DNA of 64,000 nucleotides from Methanothermococcus sp. Ax23 (GCF_049075655.1 NZ_CP157522.1:288001-352000); one strand, 5' to 3'; shown: positions 19,346 to 31,007, counted from the first letter of the stretch. Numbers and translations are program-made. Notes: a model not told the origin generated them from the letters alone.

Positions 19346-20146
19346 TTATAATTCATCAATAAAAACTATTTCACTATTCCCATTTTCTTTAAGCCAATTG
19401 ATTAATTTTTCAGCATACTGCAACTTTTTTATTTTAATATCGTCTGCCTTTTCAATATCATTCTTTAAATAGGGTCTGGAATATTTGGTGGTATATTTTC
19501 CAAAGTCCATGCCACATAATATTATCATTTTAGCTCCAAAATGCTCTGCAAAAAAACAGCATCTATCCCCGTCTGTGAATCCACCGTAGTTTATAAGATA
19601 GAGAATATCCTTTGGAACCTGCGAGCTCCCAACAATATTTTTTAATTTTGGTGCGTATGTTTTTATATTATCTATATTATCGCCATGTGCATGAACTACA
19701 ACAACAGAACCTCTTTCATTGCTTTCAAATATTGAGTTTAAATCACCATCTAAATCCGAAACAATTATATCTGGAACAATATTTTCTTCTAAAAGTGCCT
19801 TTGTGGCACCATCTGCGGATATTATTATGAAATTTTTGTTTTTGTCATTATTATCATTATTATCTTCTTCATTATTATTTTCATTAACATTATTTTCAAT
19901 TAATTCTTTTACAATTTTAACATGCTTTTTTAAAGATGGTCCAGCTCCAAAAACATAAACATCTTTGTTTTTTATCAGTTCATCCATATTATTTAATGAA
20001 ATACTATTTTTCGTATCTTTTATTATATCACATAGCATTAAGGCACTTTCCAAATCATCCGCTTTACTAAATCCAAAATCATCCATAATTTCATTGTATA
20101 ATGGCTCCCATTCTCTTAATTCCATAGTATCATCTTTTTTTATCAT
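19346..20146 (-). CDS. mptE: 6-hydroxymethyl-7,8-dihydropterin pyrophosphokinase
   Basis: GAGPSL, ADGA, SDLDG, HAHGDN, GGFTDGDR, GMDF. Confidence 0.9.
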   Translation of the reverse strand: MIKKDDTMELREWEPLYNEIMDDFGFSKADDLESALMLCDIIKDTKNSISLNNMDELIKNKDVYVFGAGPSLKKHVKIVKELIENNVNENNNEEDNNDNNDKNKNFIIISADGATKALLEENIVPDIIVSDLDGDLNSIFESNERGSVVVVHAHGDNIDNIKTYAPKLKNIVGSSQVPKDILYLINYGGFTDGDRCCFFAEHFGAKMIILCGMDFGKYTTKYSRPYLKNDIEKADDIKIKKLQYAEKLINWLKENGNSEIVFIDEL

Positions 20147-20198
20147 TAATATTTATTGAAATATTAATTGAGATATTATATTGGTGTGTTATATGTTA

Positions 20199-20915
20199 TT
20201 ATTTAATTATATGGATGGTCTCGTCCTTTGATTTTACAACAACATTTTTAATATATTCTTTTGCAATCTTCCCGAGCTCTACAAGTTCATTTGTTGTAGG
20301 TTCTCTCATTTGTTTATATTCCTCTTTCCAGGCATGTTCTCTGTCAAATTGCTGAATAGTGTATAAATCACAGCCCTTTACAGTTTTGGATATTTCTATT
20401 ATATCCTTCTCATCCATTAAATCAGGAATAAATGTTGTTCTACATTCAATAAAAACATTATTTTTTTTGCAGTAGTTTAGGAGCTCCGGTATATTTTTTC
20501 TTATCTCTTCCCCGTCGTAGTCAGTAATATTTTTGTATTTTTCAAAGGCACATTTTACATCAAGGGCAATATAATCTATTAATTTACCATCTATTAAATC
20601 CTTTACAACCTCAATATTTGTTCCATTTGTATCAAGTTTTACTGAAAAGCCCTCTTTTTTTGCAATCTTGCAGAGCTCCTTTAAATCGTCAGGTTGAAGT
20701 GTTGGCTCCCCTCCACTTATCACTATTGCCTCTGCAAACATTAAATCTATATTGTTAAATACTTCCTCAGGCGTCATCTCATATATATTTTCCATCATAT
20801 GTTCATAGTTATGACAGTATCCGCATTTCATATTGCAATCACTCATAAAAACAACGGCTGAGCATTTTTTTGGATAATCTATTGTTGATACATCTATAAT
20901 TCCAAAAACTTTCAT
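20199..20915 (-). CDS. nrdG: Radical SAM anaerobic ribonucleotide reductase activating protein
   Basis: CNMKCGYCHN, SGGEPTL, KLDTNG. Confidence 0.8.
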   Translation of the reverse strand: MKVFGIIDVSTIDYPKKCSAVVFMSDCNMKCGYCHNYEHMMENIYEMTPEEVFNNIDLMFAEAIVISGGEPTLQPDDLKELCKIAKKEGFSVKLDTNGTNIEVVKDLIDGKLIDYIALDVKCAFEKYKNITDYDGEEIRKNIPELLNYCKKNNVFIECRTTFIPDLMDEKDIIEISKTVKGCDLYTIQQFDREHAWKEEYKQMREPTTNELVELGKIAKEYIKNVVVKSKDETIHIIK

Positions 20916-21052
20916 ACTATCACATTTTTAATTCTTCAATTTTTATTAATATTTTTTATAAAGTATTATATTTCATTATTTTGCACTTATGGGATAAATA
21001 TATATTGTAGAGTAAGTTTAGTATAAATTAAAAATATATAAATGGTGGTTAA

Positions 21053-21865
21053 ATGGAGATAAAAATTCTTGTTGATGATATGGCGTATAAAAGATACTTT
21101 GCTCAGCATGGGCTCTCAATAATTATAAAAACAGACGATAAAAAAATATTATTTGATGTGGGTCAAAATCCATATACATTAAAGAAAAACTTAGAGCTCA
21201 TGGGTGAAGATGATAATTTTGATAGTATAGTTATAAGTCATGGGCATTATGACCATACCGATGGACTATCATACTTTATAGATAAAAAAAATAAAAACAA
21301 AAAATCCGATATAAACATTCCAATATATATTCATCCAGACGCTTTCCTCGATAGGTATTCTCAAAATAAAAGATACATAGGAATCGATAAGGATATAAAA
21401 GAATTTTTAAAGAATTATGAATATTTAAAATTGGTAAATGAACCGTATTTTGAAGATAATATGATAATATCTGGAAAGGTTGAAAGAAATAATCCCTATG
21501 AACCTGAAATATTTTATAAATCAATAGATGATAACAGCAGTAAAAATTTTGAAATTGACAATGTAAATGATGATATGTTTATTATCGTAGATGATGTAAT
21601 AATTACTGGATGCTCCCACAGCGGAATTATAAATGTAATAGAATATGCCAAAAAGATAAACAAAAATAAAATTAGGGGGGCTATTGGGGGCTTCCATTTG
21701 GTTGTGTCTTCAAATGAATATATAAACACGGTTTATGAATATCTAAAAAACAGCGATTTAGAGTTTATAATGCCCATACACTGCACAGGGTTCAATGCTA
21801 TGAATGTTTTAAGTGAGCTCGACAATTTTATTTACGGTCATGTTGGAAAAGTAATGGAATTATAA
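21053..21865 (+). CDS. MBL-fold metallo-hydrolase
   Basis: HGLS, SHGHYDHTDG, TGCSHSG, GGFHL, HCTG. Confidence 0.9.
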   Translation: MEIKILVDDMAYKRYFAQHGLSIIIKTDDKKILFDVGQNPYTLKKNLELMGEDDNFDSIVISHGHYDHTDGLSYFIDKKNKNKKSDINIPIYIHPDAFLDRYSQNKRYIGIDKDIKEFLKNYEYLKLVNEPYFEDNMIISGKVERNNPYEPEIFYKSIDDNSSKNFEIDNVNDDMFIIVDDVIITGCSHSGIINVIEYAKKINKNKIRGAIGGFHLVVSSNEYINTVYEYLKNSDLEFIMPIHCTGFNAMNVLSELDNFIYGHVGKVMEL

Positions 21866-21901
21866 TTAAAAATATAATAGGCTTGTGGAATATGTGAAAT
21901 T

Positions 21902-23143
21902 ATGGCATTTAAATCAAGAATATGTTCCCTATGCAAAGGAAGAAAGTTATTATGTGGTAAATCAAAATGTCCCATACTTGAAAAACTTAGGGTATTTGAT
22001 GATATAAAAAAGAAATTCGATAAAAAATTAAATAAAAATGAAGTATTTGGAGCTTCCCCTCCATCAATATTTGTTGGTGAATATATCTATCCAAATGTTA
22101 GGATAGCTCCCCTTGTCCCACCAATAGATGGAGATACCTCGTTTATGGACAGTCCCTTAAAATGGGAAAATAAATCCATAAAGGCAGTTATAAAATACCG
22201 CTCCATGCTTGTAATGGGTGAAACTAAACACATCAATGTGAATATGTGTAAAAATAGCAACGACATATCCAAGATATTAGAGTCAATACAGGAGCTCGCC
22301 ATGGCAGTAAAGCCTGTTGATAGCGAAATTATATTAAAACGCAAACCGTCATTTGACATAGTTCCAAGCGGTTTTGCCCCTCCAATATCTCCAAAAGGTG
22401 ATTTATTAAAATTCAATATAGCAGAAAATCCAAAAATACCTTCAAAAAGTGATTATATTGTAAATGATGAATTAAAAGCAGTAGATTCGATAATATCGTT
22501 ATACAATTATGGATTTGATGAATACTATATAGTAAAGCTTCTGTCAGCAGGTCTTTTGGGCATAAATAAAAAACTAGTTCCCACTAGGTGGAGCATCACA
22601 GGAGTTCAGGACACTATTGGAAGGTATTTAACAAAAAGGATAATTGATTATCCTTTAATAAATGACTATGAAGTTTATTACAGTGAATTTCTTGGAAATA
22701 GGTATGTCATATTGTTGATACCAGACTATTATGCCTATGAGCTCATGGAAGTTTGGGAAAAGGGAGCTCTCTTTGGGTGTGATAATCCACCAGTTTTGGG
22801 AGATTACGAAGATTTAAAAACAAAAGGATATGCAAAAGAGACCACCGGAGCATTTTATGCCGCTCGTCTAAGTGTTCTCGAATATCTAAATGAAAGGAAG
22901 AGACAAAGTAAAATTGTTGTATTTAGAGAAATTACCTCAGATTATTATGCACCAGTAGGAGTGTGGCAGGTAAGAACTGGTGTCAAAAAAAGTTTTAATG
23001 AAGTCTTTAAATTCAACACATTAGAAGGAGCTCTAAATAAAATTAATGAGTTATTAAATAATCCTCTTGAAAAATATAGGTTAAAAAGTAGGATATTAAC
23101 AAAAGACAGGCAAATGCGTATTGATGAATTTATATATTTATAA
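21902..23143 (+). CDS. nreA: Nre family DNA repair protein
   Basis: N-terminal CxxCKGRKLLCGKSKCP, LVPTRWSIT, C-terminal PIP box QMRIDEF. Confidence 0.9.
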   Translation: MAFKSRICSLCKGRKLLCGKSKCPILEKLRVFDDIKKKFDKKLNKNEVFGASPPSIFVGEYIYPNVRIAPLVPPIDGDTSFMDSPLKWENKSIKAVIKYRSMLVMGETKHINVNMCKNSNDISKILESIQELAMAVKPVDSEIILKRKPSFDIVPSGFAPPISPKGDLLKFNIAENPKIPSKSDYIVNDELKAVDSIISLYNYGFDEYYIVKLLSAGLLGINKKLVPTRWSITGVQDTIGRYLTKRIIDYPLINDYEVYYSEFLGNRYVILLIPDYYAYELMEVWEKGALFGCDNPPVLGDYEDLKTKGYAKETTGAFYAARLSVLEYLNERKRQSKIVVFREITSDYYAPVGVWQVRTGVKKSFNEVFKFNTLEGALNKINELLNNPLEKYRLKSRILTKDRQMRIDEFIYL

Positions 23144-23349
23144 TTTTTAAATAGTATGGGAGCTCCGGTTTTATATCTACTTTAAAAACTCTACAATGAT
23201 ATTAATCAAGAGTGTGCAAAAATAGTCCTGTTTGGTATCAACCACTTTTTAGTAGTCCTTTAAATTCTATGCAAGTATTTTATATAAAAGAGCAACAATT
23301 TAATTTAGGACTTAATAAAATAACTTCAAAATAGTCTTAAAAAGTATGA

Positions 23350-23434
23350 CGCGGAGGCCGAGATTTGAACTCGGGTTGGGCAAAGCCCAACGGGATTAGC
23401 AGTCCCGCGCCGTACCAGGCTGGGCCACCTCCGC
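23350..23434 (-). tRNA. tRNA-Ser(GCT)
   Basis: Reverse complement folds as a cloverleaf with CT-GCT-AA anticodon loop, long variable arm and GTTCAAATC; CCA not encoded. Confidence 0.95.
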
Positions 23435-23446
23435 ATATTAACATAA

Positions 23447-24031
<585 letters not shown>

Positions 24032-24049
24032 TAAAATCTAATAATATTT

Positions 24050-24583
24050 TTATTTTCTTTGCATTTGTTTGATGTATTTAATTATTTCTTTTAGTTTTTT
24101 GTAGGCAGTTTCAAGGTCGTTATTATCCACATACATTTTTAATTCTGAAAACTGGGTTTCTATATATGGATTATATAAATCATTTTTAATAAGGTATTCT
24201 TTATATTCATACATTAATGAGGTGAGCTCCTCCATTTTCATTTCAGTTTTTATTTCATTTATCTCTTCCTTTACATTGGTAAATATTGTGCTCTTTGGTA
24301 GATTTAACATACTTGCTATTTTGTTTATCGAATACCCTTCTCTATATAATTCCAGTATTTCTTTTTTTATATCTTCATCTATCTTTTTACTCCTGCCCCT
24401 TTTATCGTTTTCCACTTCCACAATTATATGGTTCTTTCTCATAAATTCGATTTTATATGTCATCTTTGGACTGCTGTATATGCTGTTTGGCAGTTTGACT
24501 ATTACCATGTTATTTTTGGCACTTTCCACGAGCTCGTTTATTTCATCCCATCTTAAAAAATGGTGAAATTTTAATTCAATCAT
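24050..24583 (-). CDS. HTH protein, paralog of 2857-3369
   Basis: Shared WDEIN/WEEIN, PKMTYKI/PKMAYKI, GR.KKI, PKST and YEYKE/YEFKE motifs. Confidence 0.85.
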   Translation of the reverse strand: MIELKFHHFLRWDEINELVESAKNNMVIVKLPNSIYSSPKMTYKIEFMRKNHIIVEVENDKRGRSKKIDEDIKKEILELYREGYSINKIASMLNLPKSTIFTNVKEEINEIKTEMKMEELTSLMYEYKEYLIKNDLYNPYIETQFSELKMYVDNNDLETAYKKLKEIIKYIKQMQRK

Positions 24584-24768
24584 ATGAATACCTACATATC
24601 ATCTTTTTTTAAATTTTTTAAACTATATTTTTTATTATATATTTATTTATATTCATTATAGCTATAAATTTAAATAAATTGCTAAATATATTATTGTATT
24701 TTTTAGTGTAAATATTTACATACACACTTTAAAAAAATACCTATTTAGTTCAGAAATTTTTTACCAAT

Positions 24769-24795
24769 TGTTGCCTTATGTATCGTAAGGCAACA
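24769..24795. promoter_or_regulatory. Palindrome with 10-bp arms and 7-bp spacer (operator or recombination core site)
   Basis: TGTTGCCTTA-TGTATCG-TAAGGCAACA immediately before the TATA-like box of the recombinase gene. Confidence 0.6.
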
Positions 24796-24837
24796 TTTTA
24801 TATATGAGCTCCATAATATACATATACTGGTGATAAT

Positions 24838-25452
24838 ATGGTGGAAATTAAATTAAATAAAAGAAATGATAGGTCGTGGGATAAAGGTTTGGATTTTGAT
24901 AACATATATCGTCTATTTGAAAGAGACATCGTGAAAATAAGGGAAAAACTAAACAATGGAATAGTTTATAAAAAAGACATTAAACGCCTTGCTTATTTAA
25001 CCATTGCCCTATTTCAACTTAGAAACGGATGCAGGATTGGAGAGGCAATTGAGGGCATGATTTTGATATGTAAAAATAACAATTTAAATTGGGACAAGCC
25101 TATTGAAGTTAGAGTTAAGGTAGAGAAAACAAAAAAAACAGTATCATACAGAGATATGGTTCTTCCATCAATCATTACCAAGCATGATGTAGAGCTCATA
25201 CGGGATGCAGTTTTAAATTTGGAAAATGCCAAAAGACCAAGAATGAGGATATACACTTGGTTAAAAAATCACTATGGAATAAATACACATTCTTTAAGGT
25301 ATGCATTTATTACCAAATATGCTGTAATGAACACATCACCACAATTAATTGCAAAAATGACAGGTCATGTGAATTTAAACCATATTATTACATATACGCA
25401 AGAGAAAGTGGCAAAACAAATGTTATATGATTTGGAAAAGCATATAAAATAA
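24838..25452 (+). CDS. Short tyrosine recombinase (204 aa), paralog of 3366-3920
   Basis: WDKGLD, QLRNGCRIGEAIEG, KVEK, GINTHSLRY, TGH, YTQ. Confidence 0.9.
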   Translation: MVEIKLNKRNDRSWDKGLDFDNIYRLFERDIVKIREKLNNGIVYKKDIKRLAYLTIALFQLRNGCRIGEAIEGMILICKNNNLNWDKPIEVRVKVEKTKKTVSYRDMVLPSIITKHDVELIRDAVLNLENAKRPRMRIYTWLKNHYGINTHSLRYAFITKYAVMNTSPQLIAKMTGHVNLNHIITYTQEKVAKQMLYDLEKHIK

Positions 25453-25453
25453 A

Positions 25454-26677
25454 TTAAATATTCGGAATATAATTCCAAGAACCACTCACCAAACCTTTTT
25501 GGGACAACTGCCCGAGAGCTCTCAAAGTCTTCCTATCCAACACAGTGGGTTTTTGATTTTCAAAGTATGTGCCAGGTAATGGCATGAAGTAATGTGCATG
25601 AGCTCTTCCATTCTTTTTTATAATGTAGTGTAGGAGCTCCATGCTATCTTTTCTATGAAACTCATTTTCATTTGGGAATCCAAATATAAAATCAACCTTT
25701 GGTATTAAGTCGTAATCTCTGCATAAATCAACGGCATTTAACACATCATCCACAGTATGCCCTCGCCTTATATATCTCAACATCCCATCACTACCACTCT
25801 GAGCTCCGAAATGTAAAAACTTATTATCGCAGTATTTTACAACCAATTCAATTGTATCTTTTTGAATAAATTCAGGTCTAACCTCTGATGGAAATGTTCC
25901 AAAAAATAGCTTTCCTTTTCCTTCACTTAGTTTTTTTAATAGTTTTTCTAATTTTTCAATGTTTGGTTTTCGAAGCGAATCCGAAGGATTCGCTGACTTG
26001 CAAAAACTCGAAGAGTTTTTGCCAAGTGTTCCAGTTTTCGAGCCATAGCAAAAGGCATTTGGGCTTATTACTCGTGTATCTGTGTTGGGATTTGTAAGTT
26101 TTAAAATGCTTTCTATGCTTCTATGTCTTACATTGTTGCCGAATATTTGAGGCGTCTGACAAAATCTACATTTGTATGGGCATCCCCTCGTTATTTCAAC
26201 TGGTGTAAGTGGTTCAATCTTTTCAAATTCATCTAAATTGATTACTTGTTCTCCTATGATGATTTTTTCATTTAGTTCCTTTCTATCATTTTTATCGTCT
26301 TTATCATCTTTATTTTCGTCAAGTTCTTTTAATTTGTTTATTATTTTTGGCAGTGTAATCTCCCCCTCACCAACAACCACATAATCAAATCTCATTTTTA
26401 TAGTATCTTTTGGAGCTCCTGTTGGGTGAGCTCCTCCTGCAATCAAAATTGGTTTATTTGATTTAGTTAATTTTTTTAATTTATTTATTTCTTTTATTTC
26501 CTTTGCAATTTTACCCTTACTTAGTGTTGTAAATGAATAAATTAATATATCTAAATTATTATTTTTAATATTGTTAATTATTTCTTCAAAATTTTTAAAT
26601 AATTTTCCACCAATCAGTGGATACAATCGTGATATGCTGTATTTGTTTTTTGAAGTTAATCTAAATCCAATATCCAC
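25454..26677 (-). CDS. B12-binding domain radical SAM protein carrying an in-frame palindromic insertion
   Basis: GGAHPT, GEGE, RGCPYKCRFCQTP, GAQSGSD. Confidence 0.9.
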   Translation of the reverse strand: MDIGFRLTSKNKYSISRLYPLIGGKLFKNFEEIINNIKNNNLDILIYSFTTLSKGKIAKEIKEINKLKKLTKSNKPILIAGGAHPTGAPKDTIKMRFDYVVVGEGEITLPKIINKLKELDENKDDKDDKNDRKELNEKIIIGEQVINLDEFEKIEPLTPVEITRGCPYKCRFCQTPQIFGNNVRHRSIESILKLTNPNTDTRVISPNAFCYGSKTGTLGKNSSSFCKSANPSDSLRKPNIEKLEKLLKKLSEGKGKLFFGTFPSEVRPEFIQKDTIELVVKYCDNKFLHFGAQSGSDGMLRYIRRGHTVDDVLNAVDLCRDYDLIPKVDFIFGFPNENEFHRKDSMELLHYIIKKNGRAHAHYFMPLPGTYFENQKPTVLDRKTLRALGQLSQKGLVSGSWNYIPNI

Positions 26678-26693
26678 AAAAACACCATTTTAT

Positions 26694-27098
26694 CTGACCT
26701 ACTCCAACGAGTGAACTCGTTGGGTTCTCGCTTACGGTAGTAAGCGAGCAACGAAATCACGAAGTGATTTCGTCTAATTTTAGCAGGGTTTAACCCTACA
26801 TGGGTGGCCAAGCCCACTACCCCTATCTCCGTTTAGGAGATTCAGGGCTACGCTGTATCACTAAGATTACTCTATCAAAACAAACCACGATACCAACCAC
26901 TACCAGCGGTAGAGTTTTCACTAACCCTACCCATTAGAACTTGGACTGGTAGCGTTACTTACTATTAATCTTCACATATTTATATTTTACTACTTACTAG
27001 CCGATATAATGTCCGCCTCTCATCCAATCTCATAAGAGATTTTACAAAACTATGTTTTGTATAACGATTAAAATCGTTGGCTTTCTCGGCGGTTTATC
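26694..27098 (-). mobile_element. IS200/IS605-derived MITE (about 400 bp) with putative omega-RNA scaffold
   Basis: Subterminal hairpins CCAACGAG/CTCGTTGG and an interrupted CCAACGATT/AATCGTTGG; end motif GGAGTAGGTCAG on minus strand; GC-rich structured core; YRGLF tnpB-tail remnant. Confidence 0.65.
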
Positions 27099-27167
27099 GT
27101 AAAAAATAAAACAAAAAAAGATTTTTATAATTATTTTATATTATATGTTAAAAAATAAAAATTTAAA

Positions 27168-28172
27168 TTAACAAACTCTCGGGATAGGGTCGCCAATAGG
27201 AGTATCCACAATTCTTTTTCCAACTATTGTTTCCATAATTACCTTGTTGTGTTCAGATACAACTTCACCAATTATTTGGGCATTTTTACCTAATGGGTGA
27301 GCTCTTAAAACTTCCAATGCTCTTTCGGCATCCTCTTTTTTAACTGCCATTACAACCTTACCTTCATTTGCCACAGTCATGGGGTCAATACCAAGTGCAT
27401 CAGCTATTGACTGAACTTCATCACTGATAGGGATTTTTTCCTCATAAATGTTTATTCCTAAACCACTTTTTTCAGCCATTTCATTTAATGAGTCAGCGAG
27501 CCCTCCTCTAGTTGGGTCTTTCATAGCATGAACCTCTATACCTGCATCGAGAACCTTTTTTATAAGTTTATTCAGTGGTGCAACATCGGATTTTAAATTA
27601 GTTTCAAATTCAAACCCTTCTCTTGATAGGAGTATAGCCATACCATGTTCTCCAATATTTCCAGAGACAATGATTACATCTCCTTCTCTCATTCCTGAGT
27701 CTCTAATGGCCTTTCCTTTATCTACTATACCAATTCCAGCGGAGGATATTATTATATCATCAACATTTGACACCTTTGTATCTCCTGTAATTATCGGAGC
27801 TCCGGCTTCCTTACAAGTTTCGTTTATTGACTTCATTATTTTATCCAATTTTTCTATATCAAAACCTTCTGGAAGAACTATTGACAATGACAATGCAAGG
27901 GGTTCTGCTCCCATAACTGATAAATCGTTTATTGTTCCGCAGACGGAGAGTTTTCCTATGTCTCCGCCGGGGAAGAATATTGGATTAACAGTATGTCCAT
28001 CCACTGTAAAAACTATCTCTTTATCACCCAGTGGAATTGTGGCACCATCGTCTAAATCTTTTAATCCTATTCCGCCATTTACCGAAGTATTTTCTAAATT
28101 ATTTAATATGGTATTCTTAATTAAATCCTGCATAACTTTTCCGCCAGCACCGTGCATTCTTGTTATTTTCAT
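27168..28172 (-). CDS. hypE: Hydrogenase maturation protein HypE
   Basis: HGAGG, DPTRGG, ANEGK, C-terminal PRVC. Confidence 0.97.
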   Translation of the reverse strand: MKITRMHGAGGKVMQDLIKNTILNNLENTSVNGGIGLKDLDDGATIPLGDKEIVFTVDGHTVNPIFFPGGDIGKLSVCGTINDLSVMGAEPLALSLSIVLPEGFDIEKLDKIMKSINETCKEAGAPIITGDTKVSNVDDIIISSAGIGIVDKGKAIRDSGMREGDVIIVSGNIGEHGMAILLSREGFEFETNLKSDVAPLNKLIKKVLDAGIEVHAMKDPTRGGLADSLNEMAEKSGLGINIYEEKIPISDEVQSIADALGIDPMTVANEGKVVMAVKKEDAERALEVLRAHPLGKNAQIIGEVVSEHNKVIMETIVGKRIVDTPIGDPIPRVC

Positions 28173-28324
28173 AAAAAATCATCTCCTTTTGGTGAAATAA
28201 ATACCTTGCTATAACTTACTATAATACATCATTTGAAAATAAAAAAATTAAAAAAATAAGAATTAAAATAGTTTATAAGTATATGAATATAATATAAGGT
28301 TTAATTTAATATTTAATAGCTGCT

Positions 28325-28834
28325 TTATGATTTTTTTGATTTTAATATTTTGGAGCCCCTCATAAGTGCAGTTAATCCAGTTCTTGCCATTTCTTTAATG
28401 CCCAAAGGTTTGACCAAATCAATAAATGCATTAACCTTATCTACATCCCCCGTAATTTCTACGGTTAATGATTCAGAACTTAAATCTACAATTTTTCCCC
28501 TAAATATATTTGCATATTGTATTACTTGCGATTTACTGCTTTCAGTTGGTGCATAAACTTTAATAAGGCATAATTCTCTTTCTACACATTTTTTGTCATC
28601 TAAATCACTTACTTTAACGACTTCTACAAGTTTATTAAGCTGTTTTACAACCTGTTCAAGGACTTTGTCATCCCCCTTAACTACAATGGTCATTCTAGCT
28701 ATATTTGGAGAGTCTGTGGCACCAACTGTAATGCTTGAAATATTATACCATCTTCTTGTAAAAAGTCCGGCAATTCTTTGAAGCACCCCGGGATTATTTA
28801 AAACTAAAACTGAAATGATGTGAGTATGTTCCAT
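28325..28834 (-). CDS. ilvN: Acetolactate synthase small subunit
   Basis: ACT domain [25 protein letters not shown]. Confidence 0.95.
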   Translation of the reverse strand: MEHTHIISVLVLNNPGVLQRIAGLFTRRWYNISSITVGATDSPNIARMTIVVKGDDKVLEQVVKQLNKLVEVVKVSDLDDKKCVERELCLIKVYAPTESSKSQVIQYANIFRGKIVDLSSESLTVEITGDVDKVNAFIDLVKPLGIKEMARTGLTALMRGSKILKSKKS

Positions 28835-28896
28835 AAAACCACCATTCTTCTGGTTAATAATAAGATAAATAAGTAGATATATAGATTTATAATTTA

Positions 28897-30726
28897 TTAA
28901 TTAGTGGTATTTGCAGTTTCAGACTCTGTCTGTTCGTTTAATTTTATATTTTCAGGAGTAGTTCCCTCCTTTTTAGTTAGATATCTTCTCTTTATCTCAT
29001 CGAAGCATATTACCTTTTCATTAGGATGTTCCCTAACAGGTTCGATAATATTTGTTAATTTACCTCCTGGCGGAACCATGGATAATGCCTCAGCAGGGTC
29101 AATAATGAAATCAAGCAAATAAGGCTCATCGCTAACTATTGCCTCCCTAAGTGCTTCTTTTATTTCACCAGGTTTTGATATTCTAAGGGCCTTTATGCCA
29201 AAGCTCTCTGCAAGTTTTACAAAGTCAGGCGTGTCTCCAAAATTAACACTACACTGTCTTTTTCCGTAGTATAGGTTCTGCCACTGATAAACCATTCCTA
29301 AGGTTCTGTTATCAAACAAACATATAACAACAGGTATCTGGTAATCTGCAATTGTTCCGAGCTCCTGACAATTCATCATGAATCCACCATCACCACTAAC
29401 ACAGATTACCTTGGAATCTGGTTTTGCTATTTTAGCACCAATTGCCGCAGGGAACCCAAAGCCCATTGTTCCTAAGCCACCAGATGATAAAAATGACCTT
29501 GGAGCACATGATTTAAAGTAATGTGCCATCCACATCTGGTTCTGCCCAACATCTGTGGTTATAATTGAATTTTTATTAAGATTTAAATCATTTATTACAT
29601 CCATTAGTTCTTTTACTATTCTTTGAGGTTTAATAGGGGTGTCATCATAATCCATCTTAGGAATACTTGATTTTTTCAAGGATGTAACATATTCCATCCA
29701 TTTTTCATTTGATTCAATATTTGTTTTAAGAAGGTGAATCATCAAATCCTTTAAAACGATTTTTGCATCTCCAACGATTGGAACTTCAACTTTAACATTT
29801 TTTCCAATTTCCGCAGGGTCTATATCAATGTGTATAATTTTTGCATGTGGTGCAAAGCTTTTTATGTCCCCAGTTATTCTATCCGAGAATCTGCATCCTA
29901 TTGCTATTAAAACATCGCTCTCAGATACGCAGTAGTTCGCGGCTTTTGTTCCATGCATACCAACCATTCCAAGTGCCAACGGGTGCTCCCCTGGGAAACT
30001 GCCTTTTCCCATTAATGTTGTGCATACTGGAATATTGGTGAGCTCCGCAAATTTCATGAGCTCATGTGTAGCATTTGCAATATTTACTCCACCACCTGCA
30101 ATTATTACAGGTTTTTCAGCTGTTGATATTAAATTAGCGGCTTTTTTAATCTGTCTTGGATGACCTATTGTGGTAGGTTTATATCCTACTAGATTTATTT
30201 TAGAAGGTATTGGATATTTAGCTAAGTCCAATTCCATTTCCTGAACATCTTTTGGTAAATCGATATGCACAGGCCCAGGTCTCCCTGTTTTTGCTATTTC
30301 AAATGCTGCCCTAAATGTTTCAGGGATTTCCTCAGTCCTGCGAATTTGGAAATTGTGCTTTACTATTGGCATAAAAAGTCCAAGTGCGTCAATTTCCTGG
30401 AATGCGTCATTTCCTATTAATTTTGTGGGAACCTGTCCCGTAAGGGCTACAACAGGGGAAGAATCTGCGTATGCCGTAGCTACACCAGTTACAAGATTGG
30501 TTGCACCAGGCCCCGAGGTTCCGATACATACTCCAACCTTTCCACTTGCCCTTGCATAACCATCTGCTGCATGAGCTGCTGCCTGTTCATGTCTTGTCAA
30601 TATGTGTATAAAATCGCTGTCATATAGTGCATCATAAAATGGTAATAATGCCCCGCCAGGATACCCAAAGAGAATATCAACTTTTTCTGCTTCAAGTGCT
30701 TTTATCATTGCTTCTGCTCCTTTCAT
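28897..30726 (-). CDS. ilvB: Acetolactate synthase large subunit
   Basis: [23 protein letters not shown]; start ATG 30726. Confidence 0.97.
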   Translation of the reverse strand: MKGAEAMIKALEAEKVDILFGYPGGALLPFYDALYDSDFIHILTRHEQAAAHAADGYARASGKVGVCIGTSGPGATNLVTGVATAYADSSPVVALTGQVPTKLIGNDAFQEIDALGLFMPIVKHNFQIRRTEEIPETFRAAFEIAKTGRPGPVHIDLPKDVQEMELDLAKYPIPSKINLVGYKPTTIGHPRQIKKAANLISTAEKPVIIAGGGVNIANATHELMKFAELTNIPVCTTLMGKGSFPGEHPLALGMVGMHGTKAANYCVSESDVLIAIGCRFSDRITGDIKSFAPHAKIIHIDIDPAEIGKNVKVEVPIVGDAKIVLKDLMIHLLKTNIESNEKWMEYVTSLKKSSIPKMDYDDTPIKPQRIVKELMDVINDLNLNKNSIITTDVGQNQMWMAHYFKSCAPRSFLSSGGLGTMGFGFPAAIGAKIAKPDSKVICVSGDGGFMMNCQELGTIADYQIPVVICLFDNRTLGMVYQWQNLYYGKRQCSVNFGDTPDFVKLAESFGIKALRISKPGEIKEALREAIVSDEPYLLDFIIDPAEALSMVPPGGKLTNIIEPVREHPNEKVICFDEIKRRYLTKKEGTTPENIKLNEQTESETANTTN

Positions 30727-31007
30727 AAAACCACCAAAAAATATTAACAAAATCTTTTAGATTTTGCGGTTTAATTCGTTTGAAAAGATAATTTTGAGTA
30801 TTGATAATAATTAAATTAATATTATATAAATTTTGTCTATAACTTTTTTAACCAAAAATAAAAAAAGGAAATATTAGATATTATTAATATTTACAATTTT
30901 TTGCTTATCGTAGTGAAACGGAGAGCTACAACTCGAAGTTCTGTTCAATTGAGGTAAAATGGGAGTATTGAATCAAGATTTCGTCTAATTGATTGTTATT
31001 TAAGTTA

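Noticed and set aside
24050-25452. Second integrated element at tRNA-Ser
   Set aside because: nadM lies between the tRNA and the recombinase pair, no tRNA-Ser att duplication was seen, and flanks are housekeeping genes.
27670-28200. Long antisense ORFs (also 39818-40447, 51748-52422, 57090-57575, 62399-62893 and many shorter)
   Set aside because: Shadow frames of well-supported genes on the other strand, with no motifs of their own.
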